DNA of 49,686 nt from Amoeboaphelidium occidentale (taxonomy: Eukaryota): assembly GCA_023515795.1 (NCBI GenBank), contig JALGPX010000082.1, forward strand, positions 1 to 49,686, given 5' to 3'. Below the pieces are notes generated by a model. It searched no databases, was not told the origin of the DNA, and was given only the letters and a program-made list of their open reading frames with translations. Position numbers and translations under genes: made by a program. The stretch's first letter is position 1. Every line of letters begins with the position of its first letter. This document shows positions 1-12,462 of this stretch, piece after piece.

Positions 1-1870
1 AAATAACGAGTCCATGCAATATTTCTTCAAATCTCCCATCAAAGAGTTGACGACTCCCTCCACAACTCTCTGTAGCGTTTGAGAAAAATGTTTCCACGAC
101 GCCAAACTAGAAATACCAGCAAGCAGCAAAGAATGAAACTTCATTCTAGATTCATTTAGTATGGACCGGTAAAACTGAAAATATTTCTCTACGTAAATTG
201 CAAAATTGAAAGAATTAGCTTCAGTTGAATCAGACAAGTTCTGATTTCGTAAAAATGAAATGTTGTGTGTTTGCTTTAACTCTGGTCGCAAAATATGATT
301 CCAGTCTCCACATCGCAGAGTAAGTTTCTGAAACATTGCCAAATGACGATGATCTTCTTGTTTTGTTTCATTTGGCTTGCGGACGCAGAGCTGGACCTTA
401 GGTGTAGCGGAAGTAGCCACTGCAGCCGGTCTGTCGACCGCTTTTCTGACGAATTGATTGCCAGCATCTGTGATACTTGACTTGAAACTGATGGACTTAA
501 TTGCCCTGTGCTCCGCAATGGCTTTGCGTTGCTTCCTTCTGATACTGTTTGAACTCAAACGAATTTCAATGCCGCTTGTTCTTTGACCATTCAACAGTGG
601 AGCTCCTTCATATTGAGATAAAAGTTTCAATCTGAGGCCAGGCCTCAAAAACGATCCATCTTCCTTTATGGCTCCAACCAATCTATCTTTCAATGAAATC
701 TCAAAGCAATCACTGAAACTCAAACCCAAATGGCCTAGGACAATTTCTGGAGGATCCATATTAAATTCTCTAAGCACATGATCAACTTCAGGGGAGTAAT
801 TGGGAAAAATATCATTCAAGTCTTACATTGAAGTTATGGTTTTCTTATTAAACTCTTTTAACCAATATCGAAAACCCTAGGGTTTAGATTTTAAATGTTC
901 TAAAGACACACCTTTCGAAATGCTACTTGCTTATGGTTATCACATCCGGAAAGTAAATATNCTTATTAAGCTCTTTTAACCAATATCGAAAACCCTAGAG
1001 TTTAGATTTTAAATGTTCTAAAGACACACCTTTCGAAATGCTACTTGCTTATGGTTATCACATCCGGAAAGTAAATATGTACAAGTCAAGACAAACTGAT
1101 CACACTGAAGTTTTTCCAACACATCTTCTTTTTTTAGAATAGAAAAGAACTTTTTCTGCGGCGTAAGAAGCAAGCCAACCGTATTTTGTGCAGAGAGAGC
1201 GATTAAGTCGGCATCGCTGGTAACAGCCACTGTGCAGTATCCGGCCTCTTTGTATGATTTCGCTAAATGTTAGATGTCTCAGTAAAGACATTACCCAAAG
1301 CAATAATCAAACTGTCCGACTCATATATATCAGTAACATATCCATCAAGATAAGAAGCCAATCCCATGATCATTTCTTGACTCAAGCATAAATTCTTCGC
1401 GATCAACCGTCTCCCTTGTTTCTTCTTAGAATCTCCTGAACATGTTAGAGTTTAAATTATAATCTACCTGAAGACAAGTAGACCTTGCGTATACCATTAT
1501 TTATCTGAGATGCCCTTCTAGAAGCTCTCTGACGCCTGGAAATTTTTGAAAATCCTACTCCAGGCTTTTCTAACACATACACAATTGCAAAGTCGCTTGG
1601 GATGAATTGTTCGATATAATCCTTTACTTGAGCACTAAGCAGTCTCAAGGATTTAGTGACATTGTCTCCAGTCCCTTCAAAAAGATCAACAGCCAATTTG
1701 GGATTCACGGCTAGAATTGACCTCAGAATAACCGACACATACACTATACAGACAACTTGCGAAGACGATATCTTGCCTTGTAGCCATTGACAACGACTGA
1801 GCCCACAAGTAGAATCATAGAACTGTCGAGCTGACTTCACTGCTTTCCAAAAAGCTTGGTTGCCGCCCAT
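1..1870 (-). CDS. XPG/FEN1-like (PIN + H3TH) nuclease-domain protein with long C-terminal extension; partial (runs off window), possibly pseudogenised or transposon-borne
   Basis: ATG at 1870 (MGGNQAFWK). GT-AG introns at 1436-1467, 1263-1294 and 995-1029 (duplicated copy at 877-911) join ORF pieces into ...IVYVSVIL...VYVLEK...YESDSLIIAL...VTSDADLIAL...LLSGCDN...KGFRYWLK, matching XPG-N, XPG-I and H3TH motifs. In-frame TAA at 823-825 (premature stop or part of a 57-nt intron), then the frame stays open to position 1. Confidence 0.65.
844..1078. repeat. 117-bp direct duplication flanking a single N (probable assembly overlap/haplotype artefact)
   Basis: 844-960 matches 962-1078 except at 852/970 (a/g) and 881/999 (g/a); N at 961. 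Confidence 0.9.
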
Positions 1871-2620
1871 AGTAATGAAGTACTCCAAGTATAATCTACG
1901 AGTTTCAAGTGTTTTCAATATCAATAGATTTGAAATTTGCACGATAACTATTCAATGAGAAGGTCGGCAAAATTGATCTTTACTGACTTGCGGAGTCGCT
2001 TATCAGATCTGTTGAAGAAAAAGATTGAGAAGACGGATTGAGACTCAACTGTATGCTTAGGTTCATTAAAAGACTAAATAATTAATAAAGTGCATCTATT
2101 ATTGCCAAGAACCATTCATTACTGAAATTGCACTGTATGATCTACTCTTACATCTCTTAACTGAGAGTCAAGCGTCAAACTACGAAAATCTTACTAAAAC
2201 TATCAGGCCTATTCATAATCGTGCACTTATTGCAGTCCACTTATTGCAGTGTGAATTGTATCAACCTCTTTAATGGATACAAAGAAACTAAACCAGTATG
2301 TGCCATTGAATCCTACAGTCGTTTGTGCGTGCCAATACCATTCAGAGACGACGTCTCGTTTCATAAGAATCTTATGCAAACTTCACTGTACAAAATGTTA
2401 AGGCAAGAAGATAACCAACTTCGCAATATGTGCTCCCATGTTGTCCCACCACCACACGAAGTACAATTTGACTTAAACAATTGTAACAGTTGCACTATCA
2501 ACGACTAAAACCTCTTTCAGACCAATAATCCTGCATTAAACTTGATGAAACTACTTTTTCCAACTGGCTGAGGTCGTATAATGCGGCAATTTTGTTGCGA
2601 AGAAGTGAGAAGCTGGAGGT

Positions 2621-2965
2621 TTCGTAAATCACCACTCCATCAATCCCAAAGAGTGTCTAAATTCCAACCCCAACAGTTATCATCTTTAAAAATCAGCTTG
2701 TGGTGATAACAAACCATTAAATAACGAAAACCACAACGAAGTTCATGCACCATGCGGAGTGCCTTCAAGCGTTATGATAGCTGGTTTCCCGGANTTCGTA
2801 AATCACCACTCCATCAATCCCAAGAGTGTCTAAATTCCAACCCCAACAGTTATCATCTTTAAAAATCAGCTTGTGGTGATAACAACCATTAAATAACGAA
2901 AACCACAACGAAGTTCATGCACCATGCGGAGTGCCTTCAAGCGTTATGATAGCTGGTTTCCCGGA
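2621..2965. repeat. ~172-bp direct duplication flanking a single N (probable assembly artefact)
   Basis: 2621-2793 versus 2795-2965 differ only by two A-homopolymer indels; N at 2794. Confidence 0.9.
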
Positions 2966-3447
2966 GAGATCAACATGAATAAGCTTCATCTGACAGCTAC
3001 CTGTGTTGTGGTTAATTGACATAGATAACAGGAGTCGAAGATTATGTTATTCCTTGTAGCTACGCCACTTTTTACTCCGAGGAGGAAAATGTGGCGCTCC
3101 TGCTTAGAAACCTTCTGAATCCCGTTAAGTGAGGTGGAAGTATGTTATCGCATTAGGAGTATTCTTGGGTGTATGTGCCATGATCAATGTTTTCGAGTGC
3201 ATCCCTTCCAAACTCAAGTAATGCTGAGAGTGAGAGACTCTGTACTGTCCCAGTCTACCAATGACTTATTGCATGATCAAGGCTGGTGAGTGCGAAACAG
3301 TAAGGTTCCATCCTCCATTCTCCTTCAGCCTGGAAAAGCAAACATTTTGAAAACCCAGAACTTCTACAGTCTGCTTGGCGAGCGAAATCTTAACGATGCT
3401 TTTCCTGCGACAACAGCTGCCGGTTGTACTCAGTGTGAAGTTCGGCA

Positions 3448-4272
3448 TTACTTGTCGTACAAAGCATAATCGAAATTCCCCAGCATCATTACTCCGTTGG
3501 CCTCTCGTGAACTTCGACAGCTGAAATCCAATTTATCATCAATAATAGCAGCATTATGCTCATCTGTGAAAAAGTCCATCCTATCGATAGTAGCGAACCT
3601 GGTTAACAAAACCACGACGTTATCCAACAATTTACACATCTCGATTATAGATTCATCAACTGCATGTTTCAATGTAAACATTCCTTTGAATCTGGTCCAT
3701 GATAAATCAAAAATCTTACAATTCGGTAACTTCTTGACAATCTCCAGAACATACGGAATATCATCATCGAGCAGATTACAATCCGTAAACTTGATGTATT
3801 CAACTGAATCTCCTTCGCCTTCAATTAAACCCACAACCTTATTTATGGGAACATAACCAGGAATATCTTTAGGGTGTCTACAAGAAGTAACCTTTTTAGG
3901 CAGATGAAGCACGCCGTTCATAACTTTCCATGGTAACTTAGAAGGAGTAGCTTCAGGTGTAATTGATGCAACCGCATAAGCTCTTGCCAGTTCTTCTTTG
4001 ATAAACACAAAAGCTAAAGACTGCAATGCAGCTGGTAAGGAACCGATATTGAAACTTTCCAGGAAGCTATCACAATGTCGAAGTCTTAAGCCACGGAAAT
4101 ATGGTTTAAGAGGTGAATATTACCCACTGCAAAGATCTGTGATCAAAGTATCTCTCGTTAAATCATCATCATTCAAGGAACGGGTCTTTCTTTTAAATTG
4201 GACCCAAAGAATAAAACCCACCAATGAAAATGCAGCGCCAGCAACAAGCGTAATTTTTGTGACAGAAGACAT
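3448..4272 (-). CDS. N-terminally membrane-anchored protein with leucine-rich-repeat-like segment
   Basis: ATG 4272 (MSSVTKITLVAGAAFSLVGFILWVQFKRK, hydrophobic anchor followed by basic residues). A 39-nt GT..AG intron at 4085-4123 removes an in-frame stop and joins to ORF 3448-4026, which contains IKFTDCNLLDDDIPYVLEIVKKLPNCKIFDLSWTRF. Confidence 0.55.
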
Positions 4273-4736
4273 GTTTCAGTCAAAACCTCGCGACGATGAA
4301 GTTCAAGTTCGGCTGGGTTGATAGCAACAGCCCTGAGTACAGTAAAATTGAATGATAAACATGCTAGGTGGTCCCTCTGAATGATGCGTAGCCATGTAGT
4401 CGCTGTGAGAACAACGAAACGACTTATCGCTTTTCTATTCACAATTTTGCATTGTTTGGAAAGTATCGCATAGCAAACTTAACACAAAACTGACTTAGAT
4501 CATCTCCAAGAATTGAACTACAAACTACCCTGCAGCTGCACTATATTTTAATAAGTATGAATGGCAAATTTTGAATTGTAGAAAGCCATATGAGAACTTT
4601 TAATCTTATCCAAACGAGCCAGTTGTCAGCAGGTATTTCTAGTGGCTGAATGTCAGTACCAAGAATCATGCGATACCATCCAGGAAAAGGTTTGTCAGAC
4701 TTGATCTGATCATATGAAACAAACACCAAAATTGAT

Positions 4737-7700
4737 TTATTGCTGCGGAACGGAGCGTTCAATTTCAACTCTTAGGTCATGAATGACTTCAAGGAATGTG
4801 GCCATGCTCCAAGCTTGTGTAGCACAACTGTGAGGGCATAAGGCCCCATTGGAATTAGTAAGTTCCGGCAATCCCGCGAAAGGACTTTCAAACAACACTG
4901 TCTTTTGAGGTCTGGTCCATGAATGAATTTTGTGAGTTAAATCCCAGTCTGGGCTTTCAGTCTTATTGAAAAGATAATAAGCTTTTAGAAAGTACCCTAC
5001 AGGCCATACCCACTCTGGCCCTTGATGATAATTGAAACCTTTTGCAATAGAGGGATCATCAGAATCATTATCGTTGTCATAATCTCCTCTGTAAGACCAG
5101 TCACTTGGGTCAAGAGTTTTCATACCAATCTTACTTAGCAGTCTTTGACGAACAATTTCCAGCGCTTCTCTAGCTTTTACTGGATCGAATAGTTCAGGAG
5201 CCTAGAAATTTAAAGAAAAGTAATATTAAACTTACCAAAGCCATGGCGACAACAAAATTAGGTCTAAGCTGATAATCGGTGTAATGAAGCGAAGATTTGT
5301 ATGTGTCCTTATAAATTCCACGCACATTAACTACCTTGGAATCGATCATGTAATTCGAATCCATCGAAGATTCTTTAGGGATATAAAAGCACTTCTCGAA
5401 ACTTGCTTGCAAAGCGCTATTCCACTGGTCAAACGAGTAAGATTTTCCATTCTGTAGAGTAACAGCAGAAGGGAAAAGATTGTTCTTTGCTAATTTTGAA
5501 ACCCAAAAGACTACAGCTTTGAGCAATCCTATTATTTCAACCGCTGCGCCGTCTCTTGGGGTTGCAGGAAAACCTCGTGTTCCAGCCTTTCCAGAATCTC
5601 CCATTTTATCCATCCATGTTCCGCAATTCATTCTATTGCCGCCAAAAATCAAGCCAGTGTCAGTATCAAACTTAATTTCGATATTAAATCCTTCTGCGGT
5701 CATTGCATGGTCAAGATTAGGTCCAGCATTCCATTCAACAAACCTTATTCCACAAGCATGCCTCTTCAAAATCTCAAACATTACTTCCCTGATAGTGCTC
5801 TTAGTAGAGTAAGCTTTTGAATCTTCATAATCAACAAACTCATCCGAGGGAAATCTGCGCTTAATTGTTTCATTAAGTATCGAAGTACTTTCAGTATACT
5901 CACAATATCTTTTAATCGCATGCAAAAACCACCATGCAGCATCTCTTGCATTGTACCTTGGGCGCCTTCCAGCATCAAGAAGATTTGGAATCAGTCCATG
6001 CTTAACGCATGATGCAAAGTTCAATATATGGGCTTTTGCTATCTCAAAAAGGCCAGTACTTAAAAATAATCCAGGGAGACAAATAAAGATATCTCTGCCC
6101 CAACAGCGCATATGGTGTGTTGTAAAATGAGGTAGACCTGCAGATATTGACGGTGTACTTTCTATGGGCGTTAAACCGGTCGAAGGTACCTTGCCATACA
6201 TTTGAACAGCACCCATTGCCAAAGCTCTCACCATCTTGGATCCCGTTTTAACCATGTTAGACATCTTGCCATAAGAGTAGTATAGTGCTTCTCTATATGC
6301 AGACATAACAATGATATTAAAGTACTTCGGGATTAAGAAGTTTGGAAGTTTTTTCAATGCTTCTAGACGTACTTTTAGCCATTCTGCGAAGTCACTAAGG
6401 TTAGGATAAGTCTTTGTGTATTTTTGAATGCGATGCATAATGTAATCTAATGCCCAGAATCCTGCTCGTAAATTGGCACACAATGGGTGGCCCAAATCAT
6501 TGGATAAGGCGATAGGACGCAGCAATGATGCAAAACCCTGAAGGCCAGCGTAAGGTAAAGGCCCGTATCCAGGAATATCGTACGTTCCATCTCCGCTCGC
6601 GCAGTCTCTTTCTTCGGGATCAGCCTTATAAAGAATCACATTCATTTCTTCTAGACTCAATGCTTCAAAACAATTTCTCAAGCCTGGAATGACACACCTC
6701 ACAATACCGTCAAGGTACCATGCTCCATGGACGTTGAGGTTCATAAGATGTCTAATCTTTTCTAGACTGTTGTAAGCATCATTGTGGATACTTGTCTCTA
6801 GAAGTAAAATGGATCCAGACGGGAAATTCTTGGGTTCTATCTTAATAAATTGACCAAGGTCATCTGATCTCTCTTCGATTTCAACCATTCCATCCAGTGG
6901 CTTTTCGTATGATATTAAAAGCTCACTAGGTAATCCATTGATGTACATCTGGTCTCTGTCGTACTTATCAGCGAACGCGGATAACTTTGCTGCCATCACA
7001 GTTTTAAAAACTTGATTTCTCAATATGATCGGAGAAATTTGGGAATCACAATGATTTCTAAACCCTGTATTTGCAATCAAGACATAGCCGTGGTGTGTGA
7101 ACGGATTTTGCCTATGAACCATGACAAAATCGTTCTCATGATGAACATGCAATTCAGTGTATCCTTTTTGTCCCATCACGTAATGTAAATACATTAAAAA
7201 CTGCTTAGCTTTACATACTCCATCGGATAATTTGGCAACTTTGTACAAGCGAGGTTCATGAACAATGTTTAAGTGATAAGGAACCAATTCGTCGTAACCT
7301 TTTACGCTACCAACAGCACAATTTGCCATAGATACTAATGCAGATGTTGAGAGGGTATCTTCAGCAGTTCTTTTCATGTACGGTGTCTCGTTATCGTGAG
7401 TACAATCCATAAATAATGCATGTGGTAAAGATCCATTCATGGGCAATACGATCTCCTCGTTCGGATCATCATTCATGTGAACTTGAGGAGACGTTTGCGC
7501 TACATGGCGAAGAATGTAATCGCTATTTCCATCCGCCTTTGAAGTCTTCAAAGGAGTTATACTGCGGCCCCTCAGTAAAAAAGGTGTTTTCCTGCCACTC
7601 TCATCCAAATCATTTAATGACAAATGTGAAAACTTGGTGTCAGAGGCATCTTTGTCTACTTCTAACCACTCAACGGGCTTCTCAAAAGCGGAAATGATAG

Positions 7701-9715
7701 GCGACTTCACACTCACTGATCCATGCCCAACTAACTCATATGGAAGATACTCGGCATTTAATGCCATAGAGCCGGCTGGCTGGCCACCATGATGATGAAC
7801 CAAACGGCTCATTTCACCTGCGTTCCAAGCATTCATAGCTTCCCGTATCAGAGAATTTATACCTAATTTTGAGACAAACTTGATATCTTTTTCTTCTGAT
7901 CCCGTAAATAATTCTGCGATAACATACAGATTTGGTTTGATCTGTCGAGCTTTGTCTAAAAAGAATTGCGCCACGTGAATAGGCGTAGAGTGACAATTGT
8001 CAATCCTGAAACCATCAAATGCTGACGCCAGAAGTAATGAATACTTGGTCATATGCTCCCAAAGCCAAGGATTATCTGCCGGTCCTCTTCCATATCGCAA
8101 TTTAACACAATCTCCCCAAGGAATGACTTCTCTTATCAAATACGATTTTGAGTACGGACCAGCAAAATCTACAAGAGGATCAGCATTCCAAATCCATCCA
8201 TTATTTGCAACAATTAATTCCTTCCAGTCAAAGTGTTGATTCTGAGACGTCCTCTCAATTCTTGTAAAGTATGTACTGACAAGAGGTGATTCAAAAGATA
8301 TGCGGCCCATTTTTGGTCCATGGTCTGCCATTCTTTCGTATTTTAAGCGATTGCGTATATTTTCCATAATAGTCACCACGTCTTTATCATACTCTACATA
8401 ATAGAACATATTGATATCTTCCAGTATTCGTTTATACTCCATTATAAGGTTCTCCTTAGGCCAAGCTTCAATATTCAATCCGGCAGGAGTACATAAACTC
8501 AAAATAGACAAAGCATCCTCGGTTCCAATTCTCTTGCCTAAGCGCGTTCCAGGATTCACAGAAATCAAGCCTTCATTCCGAATAATTGAAGATTTCTCTT
8601 TCAAACTAAAGGATGAAAACGTTGTTTTGCTCAACTTTTGGGAAGCAGCAGTAGGTTTGAAATCGCGAATAGAAGCAGCAGAAATCTCGGAAAGATGCTT
8701 CTCGACATCCAGCACGTAAAACTCCCAAAGCTTTAAGTCTACAAACAGCTTCTCCTTGAAAGTATCCATTACATGATTAAGATCAGTTTCACTAGATACT
8801 CTATCGATTCCACAGTAAGACTGAATATTCTTAGAAAACTGCATAATTGCTTCATCCAGAATGTATGCTGACATAAGATGCGGCGAATTCACAAGGTTGT
8901 AACCAGCCTCCGGATGAATTTTCAGCCACTCGCTGTTATTTGCTGTGTGATTCCAGACAATATCAGACATTGTTAGCATTCCCATCTGATGTATGGATGA
9001 TATCTCCTGCCTCAAAATGGAAGTCTTCTTTTCCTCGGTCAATTTTCCGTTCTCTGCGTCTTCAAAGAGGTCATCAGAAAGTGAAAGTTGATCATAAATT
9101 GAGTATGGGGAGTTAGACTCGCCCCTTTTCTGTAACGGGACAAAATGTATCATATTGTAACCCATTGAAGCGAATGACTGAAAATGATGCTTCCATGAAC
9201 TAATAGGGCCCAACCATTTCGGAACAACCGTCAATAAGCATATAGAGTTCAAATTTAGAATGTGTTCTTTTGGTGCAATGCTTGATGCTTCTCTATCAAG
9301 TTTCAAAGGATGAATAGTCAAAGCAGGGTCCACAAGAAAATGACCAGGCAGTAGAGAGGTTTTGACCTGACCCTTATTCGAATACTCTACGAAATATTCA
9401 TATGCGCCGCCTTGATCAATTTGGAACTCGCAGTAGCCATCAGTGATGTAGTCATACCTGAAACTAATGGACGAAAATCGATTTCTTTCGAATGGTCCCC
9501 CATAAACTGGATAGTTCGTCTTCAAGCAGCCATTTATAAGAGCTTCTGAACCTGCTGCCAAGATGAAGCGTAAAGTATAAGGCTTATCAGGATCCGGAGG
9601 AGGTAATCTTTGAAGCTAGACAATTTAACGCTGCCGCTAGTATGAAATCATTTACTTTAGCCTGAGGTGGTGGAGAGCCGTCATCCCCCAGTGCAATTGC
9701 AAAGACGATTTTCAT
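4737..9715 (-). CDS. GDB1: Glycogen debranching enzyme (4-alpha-glucanotransferase/amylo-1,6-glucosidase)
   Basis: Motifs GFRIDNCHSTP, AELFTGSEE, MDCTHDN, WGRDIFI, CGTWMDKMG, YHQGPEWVW, QAWS. ATG 9715; introns ~9617-9656 and ~5202-5235. Confidence 0.97.
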
Positions 9716-9763
9716 GGCTTGCGAAATTGTTTGTGACAAGTGGAAAAGAGCAATCTTTATGGC

Positions 9764-11194
9764 TTAGAGTTTTAACGCGGCACTAACCGAACCAACCAAG
9801 TGCAAAGATCCAGTTACCAATACGGAGCCAACATCTTCATTTTTCAATATTTCTTCCAAACAGTCTTCTATAGAATCTGGAAGCAATGGTTTGGCGTCTG
9901 AGCTAAGCTCATTCAAAGTCTCCACTAGAGTGCTTCTCGCCTGCATCTCCTCTGAGTCTGATACGTTACTGTTAATGAGGTCCGGATAGTCACTGGCAAT
10001 CTTTGATTTGTTTAATGGGAATATGATCTGATCAAATTGACATTTCGATAACACCAATTTCAGAATGGGCATGGGATCTCTCCTGCCAGACATGTAGAAC
10101 ACCAAAACATTTTTCTTTGAATTATTCGATGCATTAGATGCCATGACTTGCTCATACCAGTTCAAACAAGCGGATATGCTCTCCATAGTGTGAGCACCAT
10201 CCAGGTATACTTGCACGTCGGATCCCGAAGAATTCTTGCAAATAATAGACTGACTTCTACCCGCCCATCGCGCTTTAGTCAATCCTTGCTCCAAATCAGG
10301 GAGCTCATATGGTATATCATTCAAGCGAAGCCAATGCAGACATGCGACTAAGGCCAATTCAGCATTAATCTTCTGGTGATTCCCAGGGATACCTGGCTTC
10401 AAAGCGGATGCGCTGATATTCATATCTTTAAGAAAATCTTCAGCAATGATTAAACAGCTTGCCTGCAATTCATCGGCCCTTCGTTTCAAAACATCTAGCA
10501 CACTCACGTTGTCATTCGTGGTTACACAAGGGACATCCGTTTTCATTATCCCAGCCTTGTGCCAGGCGATTTCAGGTAAAGTCTGGCCTAGAATGGCTTG
10601 GTGATCAAAGCCGAGGGACGTAACGACACTAATGTGTGGTTTTTCTACAATATTTGTTGCATCAAACTCGCCACCAATACCAACTTCCACAATTGCAACA
10701 TCTAATTTCTCTCTAATAAAAGTATGAAATGCCATTAATGTGAGAAATCGAAAGTATGACGGAGGTTCTGGAACTGACTTCAACTTATTCCAAACTTCAA
10801 AAAAGTATTCCGAGAACAACGGTTTCTCCAACGGTTGACCATTAATTCTTATACGTTCTCGTACCTCTATCAAATGTGGTGACGTATAAAGCCCGACTTT
10901 AAGTTTCGATCGAGAAAGATTCAGCAATATTGACTCGATGAATGCACAAGTGCTTCCCTTGCCCTTTGTCCCCGCCACGTGAATAATTTTCAATCGATTT
11001 AGATCTGACAGTTCATAGCCAAGCTGCTTCCAGTATTGTCGCATTTCTGGTAGACTCTTTTCGTTCATTTTACCTCTAGAATCGCGCAAGGCAGTTAACA
11101 CTGCGGAATTGGTCTGTAGGCGATTGAGAGTACTCACAGCTTTCTAGATAGATATTAGAGGTATGGATATATTTATTACAATGTAAGAATCCAT
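9764..11194 (-). CDS. MET7: Folylpolyglutamate synthase
   Basis: IHVAGTKGKGST, YTSPHL, EVGIGGEFDATN, YLDGAHT, LVTGSLHLVG. Short first exon MDSYI plus an intron joins to KAVSTLNRLQTN. Confidence 0.93.
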
Positions 11195-11199
11195 AAAAA

Positions 11200-12462
11200 T
11201 TACAGAAAATTGTGTTCTAGCCTAAAAAAATCGGACTTGAGATCCGCAGCTGTGAATTTCTGCTGTGGTTTTCCAGAAGAATCGCGGTTCCGGACTGACA
11301 GTAGTCCAGTCTCAACTTCCTTGTCGCCAATTACAATTGCAAAAATATACTCGTTTAAAGTAGCTGTCTTTATCCTCTTTGGCAATGTTTCATCAAAGTC
11401 TCTATCAACAGTAACTTCGTAATGAGGCGATAAAGGATCTTCTGGATACTTGACAGATAATTCTTGTCTTAAATTTTCTGCATATTCCAAATGGTTAGAT
11501 TTGAGCGGTATAATGATAGCTTGGTAAGGTGAACACCAAAAAGGTATTTTTCCCGCTATGGATTCCAACCAAACAGCAAAGAACCTTTCTAATGACCCAA
11601 GAACAGCCCTATGGATCATCACAGGTCGTTTTAATGACCCATCTGCAGCAAAGTATTTCAATTCAAACCTTTCTGGTAACTGATAGTCCAGTTGCAATGT
11701 GGAAAGCTGATGAGCCCTGTTTAAGGAATCTGTTACGTGAATATCAATCTTAGGCCCATAAAACGCACCATCTTTTTCCTTAATGGAGTAATTGAGACCT
11801 GAATCTTTTAGAACGTTTTCAAGAATACTTTCCGTTAACTCCCAATCCTTCAACGAGCCCAGGAAATTATCTGGCCTCGTAGACAACGCGACAGAATATT
11901 TCTTAAACTTGAAAACGTCAATAAGCACTCTCTGCACAAGCTTAAGGAAGTTCGAAATTTCTTTCTGGACCTGATCTTCTGTACAGAATATGTGTCCATC
12001 GTCTTGATGAAATTGGCGCAGTCTAGTAAGACCTGTTAAAGTATTTCGAAGCTCGTTGCGGTGAAGAGACGTGAAATCAGCAAATCGAATAGGTAAATCG
12101 CGATATGACCTGGATTTGGATGCGTAAAGCAAGCAATGAGCAGGACAATTCATGGCTTTCATTCCCATCGCATTTTCCTCCTCATTGATAAAGAACATGT
12201 TCTCCGCATACTTGTCGTAATGTCCACTCTGTTTCCATAGCTGTGGGGAGAATAGTATCGGTGTAGAGACTTCAGCGAAACCATATTTGTGATATTCAGC
12301 GCGTAATAGTCTCTTAATTTGATGAATAATATGCAGTCCAGCAGGCTGAAAGAATACCGACCCTGGGCTGCTTTCTTCGGCATGAATAAGCTTTAATCGT
12401 GCACCTATCTGCCTGTGGCACAGTTCGTTTATTGCAGATGCAGCAGGTCGAGATTTGAGCAT
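11200..12462 (-). CDS. MST1: Mitochondrial threonyl-tRNA synthetase (no N-terminal editing domain)
   Basis: KAMNCPAHC, LHRNE, FHQDDGHIFC, GAFYGPKID, QLDYQLPERF, MIHRAVLGSLERF; 420 aa with catalytic and anticodon-binding domains only. Confidence 0.92.
   Translation of the reverse strand: MLKSRPAASAINELCHRQIGARLKLIHAEESSPGSVFFQPAGLHIIHQIKRLLRAEYHKYGFAEVSTPILFSPQLWKQSGHYDKYAENMFFINEEENAMGMKAMNCPAHCLLYASKSRSYRDLPIRFADFTSLHRNELRNTLTGLTRLRQFHQDDGHIFCTEDQVQKEISNFLKLVQRVLIDVFKFKKYSVALSTRPDNFLGSLKDWELTESILENVLKDSGLNYSIKEKDGAFYGPKIDIHVTDSLNRAHQLSTLQLDYQLPERFELKYFAADGSLKRPVMIHRAVLGSLERFFAVWLESIAGKIPFWCSPYQAIIIPLKSNHLEYAENLRQELSVKYPEDPLSPHYEVTVDRDFDETLPKRIKTATLNEYIFAIVIGDKEVETGLLSVRNRDSSGKPQQKFTAADLKSDFFRLEHNFL

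Noticed and set aside
2621..2965. Apparent tandem repeat, LTR or CRISPR-like duplication
   Set aside because: Two copies abut a single N and differ only in homopolymer length, which indicates a scaffolding overlap artefact. There is no spacer structure.
2221..3448. Short ORFs 2221-2508 (+) and 3266-3448 (-), plus an imperfect hairpin near 3063-3097
   Set aside because: No recognisable motifs or splice-consistent gene model; probably decayed or noncoding sequence.
4737..9561. Apparent split genes or frameshifts in GDB1 (likewise ARO1, VPS33, ACADM, RNH201)
   Set aside because: Each break is explained by a canonical short GT-AG intron that restores the frame; these are not pseudogenes or programmed frameshifts.
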